Assembly: GCF_003704095.1 (NCBI RefSeq) | Contig: NW_020847638.1 | Coordinates: forward strand, 1 to 64,000 | Source: Pocillopora damicornis | Lineage: Eukaryota | Length of the DNA: 64,000 bases | Reading direction: 5' to 3' | Shown: positions 1 through 12,572 of the stretch, piece by piece | Position numbering within the stretch: the stretch's first letter is position 1 | How the letters are laid out: every line of letters begins with the position of its first letter | Program-made: the position numbers and the translations under genes | Notes under the pieces: generated by a model | Told to the model about the DNA's origin: nothing | The model's input: the letters and a program-made list of their open reading frames with translations, nothing else | Database searches by the model: none

Positions 1-428
1 CATGACCTCTTGATAAAGTTTTATTAAATACCCAAAGAAAGTCTACTAACACGTGGGAGATGTGCAGTGTTGTGCCCAGACTTTTACTCTAAAAATGCTA
101 AGTAATGTAATTATTTTTTTTTTACAAATTAGCCAACATATCCATTTTGCCATGTATTTTTGAGTAAGCTATTCGACTTCTTGGTTGCTTCTTCTCATGA
201 GGTAGAGCAATGTAGGACTTTCTAGGTTACTTCACTTTACACAATTATGCCTGTAACGATCACAAAGTAGGTCAGATGCTGAAATGGTTGATAAAAAAAG
301 AAATGGAGGTTGAATAGTATCAGAAGCTGCCTTATAATTTTACAAATTATTTCCATTAGGGCTAAATTTCTTGTTACCTACCCTACAACAATTTTGTAAA
401 GCAATTTTGTGATAATTGTTTTCAACAG

Positions 429-1809
429 AACCATAAGCAGACGGATTGCAAGTATTTGGAAGTCCTCTGTGTGCATACTACATGTAGCATGCAGGTTAAA
501 AAAAGTGAACTTGCTGATCACTTTAGTAAGGAATGCAGAGTCAGACTACAGCAATGCCAATTTTGTGATGAATCTGTTGCTTACTGCGAAATGAAGGTAC
601 TGTATGCCATTGACTGAGACAGACCACATACTTTAAAGCGCAGTGGTTGCTACTCTTATAATGTGGCATAATAGCTCCGAGAAAGACAGATGTTTGTACA
701 AAATTGATGATATTAAAGGTAGAAAGGTTTCCCCTTAAATGCAAGTGCTTCCCTCTCTAGAAAGAAAATGTACCCGGATTAAGATAGTCAGAACTTTCTG
801 TAAAGCGAGGCAAACACTATTTTGTGAGCAGTATACTTATTATGTATCTCTGTGAAATTTAACTTTTTTACCTTGGAAATTTAAGATTGATTTATGCAAC
901 ACTTAGCCTTTCTTAAACTCAAAGTGCATTCTTACCTAACTTAGTAGCCTGTGTAACTTGGAACAGGTAAGCTAAACACTTTTTCTCTTATTTCTTGCTG
1001 TTGTAATCAGGAACACCTCCGGTCGAATCACAAATATCTCCACCGCCAGATGGACAACCTGGGAATTGAAGTAGATGGCCTGCTTCAGTTAGTATACCTC
1101 CTCCAAGATGGGCATCGCCATCTCCAGAATGAACAACGTAGATTACACGAAGTGGTTCAACAACTGCAGGCGAACCTCTGCGTATTGGAGCAAGGCATTC
1201 AACAGCAAAGAGAAGATGATGTAAAGAATGCCTTGTGTGTGGTGAAAGATATTCTTGAAGATATGGCCAGGTCGCGTGATGAACAAGGTGCTGAAGCTAA
1301 CCCCCCACGTAACTGTAAAAGAATGATCAAAGCCGTAGAGGAAGCTCTGGAGGTTAGAAATGCAAACCCAGCTGAGTCAGACCTATGTGCAAGACAGCAA
1401 GGGCTTTCAAGCGACGATGGTCAGCTGTTGGCACGTAAAACAAGACGTGTGCACGCAACATGCCAAGAGCCTAATGCCCAGGAGAGAACGGCTTTGGGAA
1501 ATCCGTCAGGTGCTAGTCCTTTCTCTGAAACACCCAGTGAGTCCAGTGGTAGTGCTCAGAACCTTGCTTTGGTACAACGGGTTGTCAGTCTTAAAAAGAG
1601 AGATGCGGACATGAAAATGGAACCTGATACCACCCAGGAGAGCTTCAGGAGGCATGACCAAAGAATTGAATCTATTGAGCACACACAGGCACTCAGGAAG
1701 GTGACCCTGGCTGATTTGGAGGGGTACCGAACCGCTGACCACGAAGTTCTTCTGGTAGAGAACAATCGCAGAATGGAAGAAGTTAGACGTGACGTGGGTA
1801 ATATGAAAA
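429..1809 (+). CDS. TRAF-like gene 1 (partial): TRAF zinc-finger exon plus long coiled-coil exon running into an assembly gap
   Basis: Exon 429-596 (ag|...|gt, 56 codons, NHKQTDCKYLEVLCVHTTC...HFSKECRVRLQQCQFC...) is homologous to exon 3668-3832 of the next gene. Exon 1011->1809 (acceptor taatcag at 1004-1010, in frame with ORF 1050) encodes coiled-coil segments similar to 6350-6770. The 5' exons lie outside the window and the 3' end is lost in gap 1810-1909. Confidence 0.8.
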
Positions 1810-1909
1810 NNNNNNNNNNNNNNNNNNNNNNNNNNNNNNNNNNNNNNNNNNNNNNNNNNNNNNNNNNNNNNNNNNNNNNNNNNNNNNNNNNNNNNNNNNN
1901 NNNNNNNNN

Positions 1910-4900
1910 TGGATCTACAAGAATGACCTGTCTACAGGACCAGAAAGAGTTTCTCCCAAATGAGGTAGGACTTGAGGTATAATGGCAAAACCAGAATTCC
2001 TTCAAAGGTTACCTTCTCTGCCTTGCCCATGGGCTCATGTTTACTAACATGGCTGTCATACTTGTTTTCAATTTTCTAATATTTACCAGATTTTGATGTC
2101 ACAAGTGGAAACTAATGACAGTTTCCTTGTTGTATTGGCAGGAAAAACTGCTGATAACAACTATTCCTGTATGTTGTAGAAAAAAGTTGCTGAATTTTAA
2201 GCTTGGGTATGAAATAAAGAAAGATCACTTTTGTCTTGCCATGAGCATGGGATAAAGGAAAATTTCTATGTCTTTGTGATGAATGGTACCTCAGACCTTC
2301 AGATACAGAGCTTTAATGTACTGCCACTATGCTGCAGTTACTCTATGATGAAGGTGAGACGGCTTAGTGCAGCATAATAGAGCATCATGGCTCAGAATTC
2401 GAAGGATTGGGGAACAATTCATTAAAGGGACTCAGAATATTTTCTTTTTCCAATGTCAGTGACTGACACCATGGAAACATCTTTCTTTATTTCTGTACAT
2501 CTGAACTACACAAAGAACTTTAACCCTTCCTCATCTTTTGAAAACTGAACAAATGAAAGTACACACACTACAATTCCATGACACAAGGTAGAGGAGATTT
2601 TGATCACCTTACTTAAAAAACATCACTGGAAATTGTTTGATGTGTCATTTAATTTGTTTAACTCGACTTCCTCTATAATTTTACTCTCACTTATCCTTAA
2701 ACATTTTCTCATAATATTTGTAAAGGTATTTCCTGATAACTTCATGAGACGTGAAGTACAAGCCTTTGTTGTCAATTGTACTTTTGAGGATGAAGGATGC
2801 AATTGGAAAGGAGAAGTCAGACACCTAGAGGTATAGTAAATGTTTAATTGGATTAATTGTTATGCACCTGAACCTACATTCCAAAAATTTCAACAGAACA
2901 TCATGGGGAAAGAAGTTTTGGTCCTAGGAAACAGTATTTGAATCATGCCATCAAAATACTATGACTTAATACAACAGTTCCAGTGACAAGACCCTGAAAT
3001 GATACACTACTGTAGACAGTGTACATTCTGGGACTATGCCATAAAACTCATACTCTGTTTACAGACCATGCTTTGACTGCAATGTTAGAAATGTTAGCTT
3101 CAGTGATCATTTTGAATTTAGAGGGAGAAAGTAACACTTTCACCTTAACTCATTTTAAAAAAGAAGAAATGCACAGCAACCATTATCACACTGATATGAA
3201 CTAATCTACAATCATTAATAATGCTCTAACAATCAGTGAAGAAAAAGAACTACTTATTGAGGGCAAGATCTGCTATGAGTTCGAGGCATTCTTCCTGCTT
3301 GGAGTGTTGTATTAAGCTTTTCCAAGGGATACTATTTCAAGGTGATGAATGTCAAGAAGCTCATATAAGAGGTAAAAAACCTTTGATTGAGGGTTGGTCG
3401 TACTGGGCAGTCATTTTGATCATTTTGAATCCAGAGAGTGTGGCTGAAGAACACTGAGAAGTTATTTTTGGTCACAGAAATCTGGTAAAACAGGGTTTAA
3501 AAGTTGTGCTGAAAGACTTATTGCACTATGGTCCTTCCTTATTGTATAACCTGCTTGTGAAAAACTGCATATATTGTGTTCGTGTTTTCTAATGCAGCCA
3601 ATTTGAAGGCCTCCTGCTTGAAGGAGAGACTGTATTAGTAAGCTAATCAATATTGTCTCCAAAACAGAACCACTTGAGTAACTGTGAGTTCCTTAAAATT
3701 CCCTGTGTACATCCTGAGTGTGGAGCACAAGTGAAAAAATCAGATCTTACCCAACACTTGGAAAAGGAATGTAAGTGCAGACTGGAAACCTGTGGATTCT
3801 GCAAGAAGCAAATCAAACTTAATAAGATGAAGGTATGTTTCAAAAACTAAGTATTTTGAAATTCTTGAGCTAATGTGAATTTGTATGTAACCCTGACCCT
3901 TTTCCCATTGCCAGCACTCACTTTGACATTAGAATTTCTAGTTTCAGTGGTATTATCCTCTTAGTTTGTGGAACCATTTGCAAAACATCCATTCAATTAA
4001 ACTCATCTTTTGTGTTAAAAATATCTTTGGCTAATGCAGAAAAAGCATTAATATTTTGATTGCTTAGACTGCTGAGACAGTTAAGAATTGCACAAAGTTT
4101 GTTTTTTGTCAGTTGCATCTACTGTACATAGTAAACTGACAAATGTTTTGTAGTTGATGTTCATTATACTTAACCTGGCATTCCTCAAGGCTTCAAAATT
4201 TAAAGTATAGTTAGCTATGAGGGATGTGACCAGAGGTTATGTGTATGTTTTGTATAACACTGTATGTGCCAAAGTAACTCCACCTTTCAAACTGTGTGGT
4301 TTTACAGCATCACCATGAGACAGATTGCCCAGCATATCCAGTTGTTTGTCAAAAATGCAACAAAGATGGAATTCCCAGAGCAAAGGTAAACTATAAAGAT
4401 ATGATTTGATTCAAATGTTTCTCTTGTTTTGAATTTTTCAATCAGACCATGCTTTATTGATGGTTTTGGGTTGGAAACAAAGGAATATGAAACACTACAT
4501 GTTACAGGGAAAACTGGTTTGAAAAATTTGAATTGAAACACTTCATATAAATTTTGGAGCCAGTATTGAAATCTTCCAATGAAAGTTGGTCAGTAGAGTG
4601 CATAGTACAATTTGGAATGTTGTTGGTATGTGCCATTGTGTGTATGGTCTGGTCACAGAAACATGTCGCCATTTTAGTAATTCTAAAGCACCTGATTTTG
4701 CTTTCAAGTCGTTTAGTTGCATGTATAAAATTGGACATAAATGTTATGGCAATACAAGCCAGTGTCTAATAGCTTTTGATGGTTGGAATTGGAGACAAGC
4801 TTGAAATTGAATAATTTAAAACAATTCTCCCTGAATGTAAATTCCAGGTAAAGTTGTCTGGGTATGATACCCAACTAGGGTTGTTGTGTTGTGTTCTAGC

Positions 4901-7209
4901 GAAAGATTTTGTGTTGTGTTGTGTTCTAGTGCCACCCCACGCCAAAGAGAATACATCGATAAAGTGACCCTGTGAAACTTCATTTTAATGGTGTATCCTC
5001 GAGATATCACAGCTTTCGTCGTGTAAAGTTGGTATCTTTTCTCTCTTTAAAGCATAACATTGTATCCTATCGTTTTGTACGTCAGCTTTTACAACATCAA
5101 GATCCAATAATGGGAGACTGTGATAGTGTACAGGGACCGTGCCCATTTTCACAGATTGGCTGCTCTGCGACTGAGGTACTTATTGACAGCCTTTTACTAA
5201 AATTATGTTAATATGGTATAGTTCCTCAATTAACCAATGCAGTCAGAATTCGATGAAAGGGGGAATACAGATACGTGTATTCGCGTCGAAGCACGTCATG
5301 TCTAGGAAACTCAATTAAGTCCCAGCCACACTGTTTTGATCGTGTTTCACTTCGGGGTCCCGTCCAGGTCCAGCGTGTGTTGAAAGGAGGCATCCGGTTC
5401 GATTTTAGTATCGCAGTACATACAACTATCAGTGGAACCTGCGTTAAGCTGTCACCCACTGGGAATGGCGGGTGCCCGCTGAATACAGGTGGACCGCCTA
5501 TACGGTTTTATGCTATGATTGACCACTTCATGTACAAAAACTTGCTCAAAAATTTCGGGAGATGAAGATGGATAAGATATACTTTAAAGCTTATTCTTAG
5601 TTTTATTTGAGCGGCTCCCCCTTAAGTGACCTTTCAGTGGTGATGGGAAGAAGACAATAGGAAAAGGCCGTTGGCACTCAGTACAGTGTTACTACGACCA
5701 CTTAATAGAAGTGACCACCTAAAAGAGGTGGAAATTACAGTGGGAAAGAATTTCGGGACTTTGACAACCGACCACTTAATACAGGGTAACCGGGTAATAC
5801 GGTGCCGCTTAATACAAGTTGGACTGTACCTCTAAACAGTTTTGATATTTGCTGCATATCGTATCGCAAGCATAAGGGAACCGCAAGGGAAGTTAAGGAA
5901 ACAGGCAACGCCGAGAAGCTGGGAACTCTTTTAATCTTAAAGTAAACCAAAGATACAGATGTATGCTTTCGTTCGGTCCGTAAAAGATCGATTTGATAGC
6001 AAAGAGACTTGGATAAGTTTGTGGGACTCTTCTTTTGTGTGGGTTTGATTAATCATGTGACTGCTGATGTACATGTACCAATTCCTAAATCGTATTGGCC
6101 TGTTGAGTGTACATTGAAATCTTTCTTAATGGCGCACTTCTCTTCCACAGGCCCTCACCCAAAAGCAGAGGAAAGAGCACCTGGAGAAACATAATACATT
6201 CCACACTACTCTGCTTTTACATTATGCTATACGAATGAGCAAAGAGATGGAAGCACTTTTAGTGGGTGACCCCAGAATTGTGTCTAGAAACCCACACATC
6301 CTCTCAAATTACGACAGTGTAATTGCAGATCTTCTCGCTCAAGTTCAAACTCAGGCGGGTGAAACGAGGAATTTACGCGAAAAATGCCGAGAGCACAGTG
6401 AGAGAATTACCGCCTTGGAGAGGAAAGTGGCTTCAGGAAATCTGTCGGGTTCCGCTACAACTGCCCAAATACCTGGCGAGTCGAACGGTGGTACACAAAA
6501 CCCAGAAGTTACACGAAGGATTACCAACATTGAAAACCGAACCGCTGACCACGAAGTTCTTCTGGTAGAGAACAATCGCACAATGGAGGAAGTTAGACGT
6601 GACGTGGGTAATATGAAAAGGCAACTTGACACCACCCAGGAGAGTACCAGAAGGCACGACAGAAGGATTGAATCTATAGAGCACACACTGGCACTCAGGA
6701 ACGTAACCCTGGCTGATTTGGAGGAGTATGTAAAACAGCAAGAGTTCTCAAGCTACGATGGCCAGCTGTTGTGGAAGATTCCTGATTATGCTCGCAAACG
6801 AAATGACGCAGTGACAGGCCAGCAAGTCTCTTTCTATAGCCCTTGTTTCTACACCAGTCGCTATGGCTACAAAATGTGCGCCCGCATTTACCTGAACGGG
6901 GACGGAATGGGAAAAGGAACGCACATCTCGATCTTCTTTGTGGTCATGCGCGGTCAGTATGACGCGCTGCTCCGTTGGCCATTCAGACAGAAAGTCACCT
7001 TCATGTTGCTGGACCAGGATAACGTGGAACACGTGATTGACGCCTTCAGACCCGATCCGAACAGCTCATCTTTCCAGAGGCCAAGAAGAGAAACAAACAT
7101 CGCCAGTGGGTGTCCAATGTTCTGCTCGCTTGCTGAGCTGAATAATCACGCATATGTCAGGGATGACGCCATGTTCCTGAAAATAATTGTGGATATTTCT
7201 GATCTGTGA
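1910..7209 (+). CDS. TRAF2/3-like: TNF receptor-associated factor, TRAF2/3/5 subgroup (RING end, TRAF zinc fingers, coiled coil, MATH/TRAF-C); first RING exon missing, probably in the gap
   Basis: In-frame GT-AG exons: <=1910-1964 ([10 protein letters not shown]), 2726-2830 ([11 protein letters not shown]...C...GCNWKG), 3668-3832, 4308-4385, 5086-5175, 6151-7209. The last exon carries the MATH signature YDGQLLWKI...[36 protein letters not shown]...WPFRQKVT...[13 protein letters not shown]...NIASGCP. Confidence 0.95.
2190..2495. repeat. Degenerate head-to-head pair of tRNA-derived SINE-like repeats in a TRAF intron
   Basis: 2190-2345 and 2360-2495 are roughly reverse complements (aaataaagaaagat...ggaaaatttct versus agaatatttttc...atctttctttatttc), with remnants of tRNA A/B-box-like sequence. 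Confidence 0.5.
5430..5828. mobile_element. Non-autonomous Tc1/mariner-pogo-like MITE remnant(s)
   Basis: cagtggaacc start, ggactg|ta end, repeated (g)accgcttaataca-type subterminal motifs, no ORF. Confidence 0.4.
6151..7209 (+). CDS. TRAF2/3-like: Terminal exon of the TRAF2/3-like gene (coiled coil + MATH domain)
   Basis: Acceptor tcttccacag ends at 6150; 28 codons precede the ORF-track ATG at 6235 in frame; stop TGA at 7207-7209. Confidence 0.95.
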   Translation, partial: ALTQKQRKEHLEKHNTFHTTLLLHYAIRMSKEMEALLVGDPRIVSRNPHILSNYDSVIADLLAQVQTQAGETRNLREKCREHSERITALERKVASGNLSGSATTAQIPGESNGGTQNPEVTRRITNIENRTADHEVLLVENNRTMEEVRRDVGNMKRQLDTTQESTRRHDRRIESIEHTLALRNVTLADLEEYVKQQEFSSYDGQLLWKIPDYARKRNDAVTGQQVSFYSPCFYTSRYGYKMCARIYLNGDGMGKGTHISIFFVVMRGQYDALLRWPFRQKVTFMLLDQDNVEHVIDAFRPDPNSSSFQRPRRETNIASGCPMFCSLAELNNHAYVRDDAMFLKIIVDISDL

Positions 7210-10200
7210 AGGGGAACTTTGAGTTGCGGTTTGTCATTTGTTTTGAAATTACCTTCTTCTTTAATTTAACATTACCATTGCTCTGACATGGCTTGTACAT
7301 GCTGCATAAGTGATACATGGCAGTTGTTATCGTTTGTTTTGTACCTGAAATGACGAGAATTTTCTTCGTTTGGCAGGACAGTTTTAATTTTGATTTGATG
7401 TTCTGATCTCAATGTGATGTAAAGGGAAGTCTGTTTCTCTTTATTACAATTATGGCAGTTGAAGCTATCAGCTTGCTCTCCGTCAAGTCGTCTTAATGTT
7501 ATACCTTTACCCTCACCCACGATCGATTACGGTGTAAGTTCGATGTTCGGCATGAAGCGTTATGCAGAGCTATAGTAAATAGTATTGTTTTGTCTCCAAC
7601 TAAATTATATGTCATATGATTTTTTCTGGATTTGATAATTTATGATGATATTGCTATGCGATCGATGTAGGTGCAATGTTTTTCTAAAACGGGTAATTCG
7701 GTAGCTGTTTGCTTTAGCGAATGAGATATAGTGGTAAGAAGTAAAGTGACTTTAGCTAAAGTTGACGATTTAATTATTTTTCCTACGTTTGGCTGATTTT
7801 GATTTTTGCAGTTTTGCGGTTAAGATTGGTTAAAACCATAACAAGTTTTGCGTAACTCCTATTTAGTGCTCAGCATCTACACACTAGTGAGTTTGTAGTA
7901 CACGTGACGTAATGCTTAGTTAGTAACCTTACGCTTAGAGAGTAACAGTTTTGGTTTATGTTGTGTGAGTTGCGTTATGCGCCCACTGAGGCACAATCCG
8001 TTTCCGATGGCGATGAAGAATGATCAGTTTTGAATCAACGAAAATAAAATGAGTGTTTAGCTTCGGTAAACCAAATTTTGATTATGAAGAAACGGAAGCA
8101 TACAGTGTAGGCAATGTTCTCTTTTGTTTTAATGTTGTGGAATACCTTTTCTGCGATGCGTCGAGAATTCAGACTTCAGCTGGACTGCGGCGTCATCGAG
8201 AGGATCTCTTCAATATTTTTTTAAAGAAAGTTTTACCATTCTTGGAAGTTGGTTTTGAAGCGTGTAAGGAGTGTGAAGTCACGTCTGCATGCGTCTCCGT
8301 TAACGATTATAGTGCATTCGATTCTCCCTTAAGACTATCTAAAACTTCAGCTTTGCTACGAGAGCTGACTATTATGGCGGTCTCAGTCACGAGGAAAATT
8401 TTCGTTATTTTTCGAAAATGGTTGCTTGAGATGGTCAATCAGAGAATTTGCAATGTCTTTTTTGGTGTCTTTTGTGCTGACCTCCTCGCGGTGGACACTG
8501 GAAACGCTTTTTGTTTGTTAAGTGGGGGTCTCTTTGTGATTTCTTTTTTCGCTCAAAGCAAAAACAATTAAAGACCTGGGAAGAACTGCCAGTGATAAAT
8601 TGTCTGCTGGATCACAGACGTAAGTTCGTTAAACTAAGGGAAAAACTATGGAAAGTCATTCACTAACCCCACTCTCCTTATGTGTTGTGGGAAATCATTG
8701 TAAGATTTAGCTACAGGGAAGATCTCTTCGACTTGAAGATTTTTTTTCTTTCGTGATCGAAGCATTTGAGACAAAAAACAGTTTGTTTTCAGTTTTGTTT
8801 TTGTGAGTGAATCGAGTTCAAGGGACCGAGTCAAGGTGTCATCTGGAATAAAGCGGCTAACAGCGCACATTTCGGGGGCAGTGTATGCGTGGGTTGTCGA
8901 GGGTTTCCACCTATTCGAACGTGAAGTTATAACATTCCACAACATAAAACCGAATGGGGTCACCTTCTCTTAGAGCGTATCTTTGTCTTTTTTATTTCTC
9001 GAAGGGACCAGTTACTATCTATGCACGCAAGTAGACTCAAATAATGTCGCGAAAATACCCGAACTGATAGATTTGTCTACTCAGAGCAGTTAAAAATTGA
9101 ATCCAGTTATTGCAAAGATTAATGTAACACACCAAGTGAAACTAGCTAATTGTACTAGAAATTACTTCACTTTAGTTATACGCTATCGCTTGATTTTTCT
9201 TCCACAGTTAAACTATATTTTGTTACTTTACTGTTTTATTTAAACATGGTGTAAACTTTCTTGCAGAGAGGGCCAATAAAATATGAAAATGTAATATTTG
9301 ATGAACCTTTCATCCCGGGGTTCTCACCTCTAAATGGTGAAGGGGTAATCCTGTAATAATAGATTGTAAGACACGATCCTTACTTTTTGTTTGTAAGATT
9401 ACTTTGATTCAATATCATTAGTCGATTAACTCCAGGATGGGTTGAAAAAAAAAGCTTCTTTCTGGCGATCATCGTTCTTCCAACATAACCTCGTAGGATT
9501 TTAATAGCTTGCAGAACAGTGGCTCGCTCTTATTTATTGCCGGCAGAACAGAACAACTGAATATGCGTATGGAACATTAAATTGGTTTGTTCACTCAACG
9601 GAGTGCGAGAGGGAGGTTTGGGTCCAGTCGAAAATAAATTTTACCTCAGTCAACAGTAATGTCGCAATCTGATTGGCGAATTTGGCGGCTGCTGACCATT
9701 GTGATGACAATATCGTTGTCGATAAGAGCACAGAGAACGCTAAACCACTGTCGATGTATTGAAGGGCACTAAGTTTGGGATTTACGCGACCCAACACAAA
9801 CCTCTTTCCATTTCTCAATCCGCTGCTGCTCCATTTTACCAACTAAACGCCGGCAAAAGGCTAGCAGAACATCCGTATTTTAATTCGCGTCATGCGCGAG
9901 AGGAAGAAGCTTGCCATCAATGCGTGCAGGAAGCTTGCCTCGGTTTTGAGGAGAAACCCTAAGAATTACAACCGCTGCTCTGTAAGCTGAAAAATTTGTA
10001 TATATTTTGAGTTGATGTAAACAGTCAGTTAAATTATCCATCGGAATGGCTGAATCTGACATAATACTGCTGGCGCAAGCCATTCTCCTTTCTACTCCAA
10101 TCGTTTCCAGTGACGTTAAATGTTAATAGTATGTGATGACAGTTTCTTTTCTTCCCATCGGTCGGGAGCCCTTTACAATTAATACCTCCAAATATCTGCT

Positions 10201-10841
10201 AGTGAACTACAGTATACTGTTGCTTAATACTTTATAACCGTGCATTGCTGATCTGCTCATGCGTTGTTGTGTCCACATGCGTCCCTTATTAAAAAATGCC
10301 AGATTGTTTCTGAAAGAAGTCTTTTAAATTTCCCATAAATAATTATGATAGACTACCATGGTGATTGTGTGATGGAACAATCACTGAACTCGGTGATACC
10401 AAATTTTGCTACTGGTCAATTATCTGTCGCAAGTCCTGTTTAATTTGGCAAATTATTGATCTGTTCGACCCTCCCGCAACTGTATTCACGATGCTCAACC
10501 TAGTCATATTCATCGAAGTTTATTGCAACGAGAAAGGACTTTAGATTTTCCAATCGAACATATTTCCTCGGGACAAAAAAAAAAAAAATTTAAAATTCTC
10601 ACTCGTTTTGTTGTAGGCCTCCTCTCCCCGCCCTTCGTAAGTTGAGTGGATGCTTTTTACTGTAAATGCATATCACATCCTACTAAGACATTCTAGAAAT
10701 TATCAAATTTAGGCAACCCGATGTTTTTTCGGAATTTATAATCGTTGTTTTTTAATTTTGGATCGTCAGCACATGTTCCATTTTGTCTTAAAAGCTTCAG
10801 AACACGCAGATTTGAATTTTTTTCCCTTTGAAAGTCTCTTA

Positions 10842-10852
10842 GGGGAATCCCC
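10842..10852 (+). promoter_or_regulatory. NF-kB (kB) site GGGGAATCCCC in the putative promoter of MATH-less TRAF-like gene 3
   Basis: Near-palindromic p50-type site inside ttaggggaatcccctaa, ~110 bp upstream of splice donor cag|gtacgt at 10962/10963. An identical site lies at the homologous position of gene 4. Confidence 0.75.
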
Positions 10853-12572
10853 TAATTATCTATTCGCCGCAAGGGACTACGGGAAACAAGAACCGCTGCA
10901 TCATAATATTCAAAGATAACAAAATTTTGTAGAGGTTTATACTGTAATTCACATCTAACCAGGTACGTAATTTCTTTTATGAAGCTTGATTTCCCAACTA
11001 TGCCTTTTGAAACCATTCTTTAAGGGTATTAAGTGTTCATCCTCAACTCTTGATCGAAAACGAAACTGTATCTAATGCAATTTTTTTTTTTGTGTGCTCT
11101 CAAAGACGAGAAATAAGTACTGTCGTTATTTTTTATTGACAAGTCTTTTATTAGAGACAGAAACATGCGTCGATTTTAGCGTCCGTAATGACATTTTCAG
11201 ACCCCAGCACCACTGAGAGTTTCTAAAAGAAAGTGAGAAACAAAACAAAACAAAAACGAAAGCTGATTTTTGTGGCGATACATAACGACGGGGACAAAAG
11301 GCGTGGCGGCCATTTTGGCTTTGCATAGTGTGCTTTTGGTTTTCAAATCTAAACAGGATCATATACTTGATACTTCAGCTTTCCTTAACCATTATAAATG
11401 TATTTTTTATTTCAAGAGATTCTATTACCTCCTGGAGTCTTTCTGTTCGTTAGTTAGGTACTTGAAAACGTTGTCGTTGTTTCAGGGAAGGCGAAATAAA
11501 TGATGCTTATCTAAGCATTTCTTTGTATCCAAAATGGCGTTGCGTCCTTTATAGTTACAGTTCAGTGCTTTGATCATTCGTGACCTAATCTGAAGTTTGT
11601 GTTTCCATGTATATATGCAGTTGATATTGATGTGAAATCGGTTCTGTGCTTGATAAGCCGTCAGTTTTGTAATTGTTTAACGAGATAAACATCGAGGAGA
11701 AATCTTACCAGCAATTAGCGGGTTGTAGATTAGAAGGCCATGACAACAGAATGGACTTGCGAAAACCCTAAAAACGATGATGTAAATCACTTGAATTATA
11801 TTTCTTAGTTATACATTACTTTCAAAAGTTTTATTCTTTGATCGATGTGACAGTTTCTTGGTATGATTAAACTTACTTAAGTAATACTGCTTAAACTGGA
11901 AAGTACCAGTATGTATATTGATAAGTAAGTTTAGTTTTATCTTGTAATAAAAGGTACTTTATGGATATTTTATGCACCAGGAATCGATAAAGAACTAAAT
12001 CTCGCTAGGAAAATAAAATAACGAAGTGATTCGATATTTTTGTACAACATGAGGATCTTGCAATTTAGTAAGATCCTGCTAGAATCTTAATCTTTCAGTT
12101 CATGTAATTGCAAACCTTTGAGCAATTAGTTATCTCCAGGCGATCATATTTATTTTTACCGTATCTGGCGTTATTAATGTGAAAGAAAGAGTACAAATTT
12201 ATTGAATCAATATTTGCAACCTTGATGTTTTTGGTAATATTAAATGACTTTGTTTAAACACTCTTGACCATCCTCCAGTTATTGTACTGAAAGTTGATAG
12301 TGTGTAATATGTTTTGATATTAGATGAAGGTTTTAAGTCTTAGTTAACCCTAGAATTTGTCTTGTGCTTGTGATACTATCATTTTAGTTACAGCTGGTCT
12401 TTCTGCTCTGGTTACTTCTCTGTGATAATTTTACCAAAGCCTCAAAATTCACACGCAATCAAGTTGCTCCAAATAATTTTACTGAAGGTGAATAAGTGTA
12501 ATAGCAACTTTGAGCAAACGTCCCTTCCCTTTTTATTTCAGGTTAACAGACAGAGTTATTTAATATTAAAAG

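Noticed and set aside
1050-1982. 310-aa ORF as a single protein
   Set aside because: It reads through a 100-N gap and fuses the gene 1 coiled-coil exon to the RING-end exon of the next TRAF gene; the real exon begins at acceptor 1011.
8053-8571. 172-aa ORF downstream of TRAF
   Set aside because: GTG start, no recognisable domain or splice context; probably 3' UTR or intergenic sequence.
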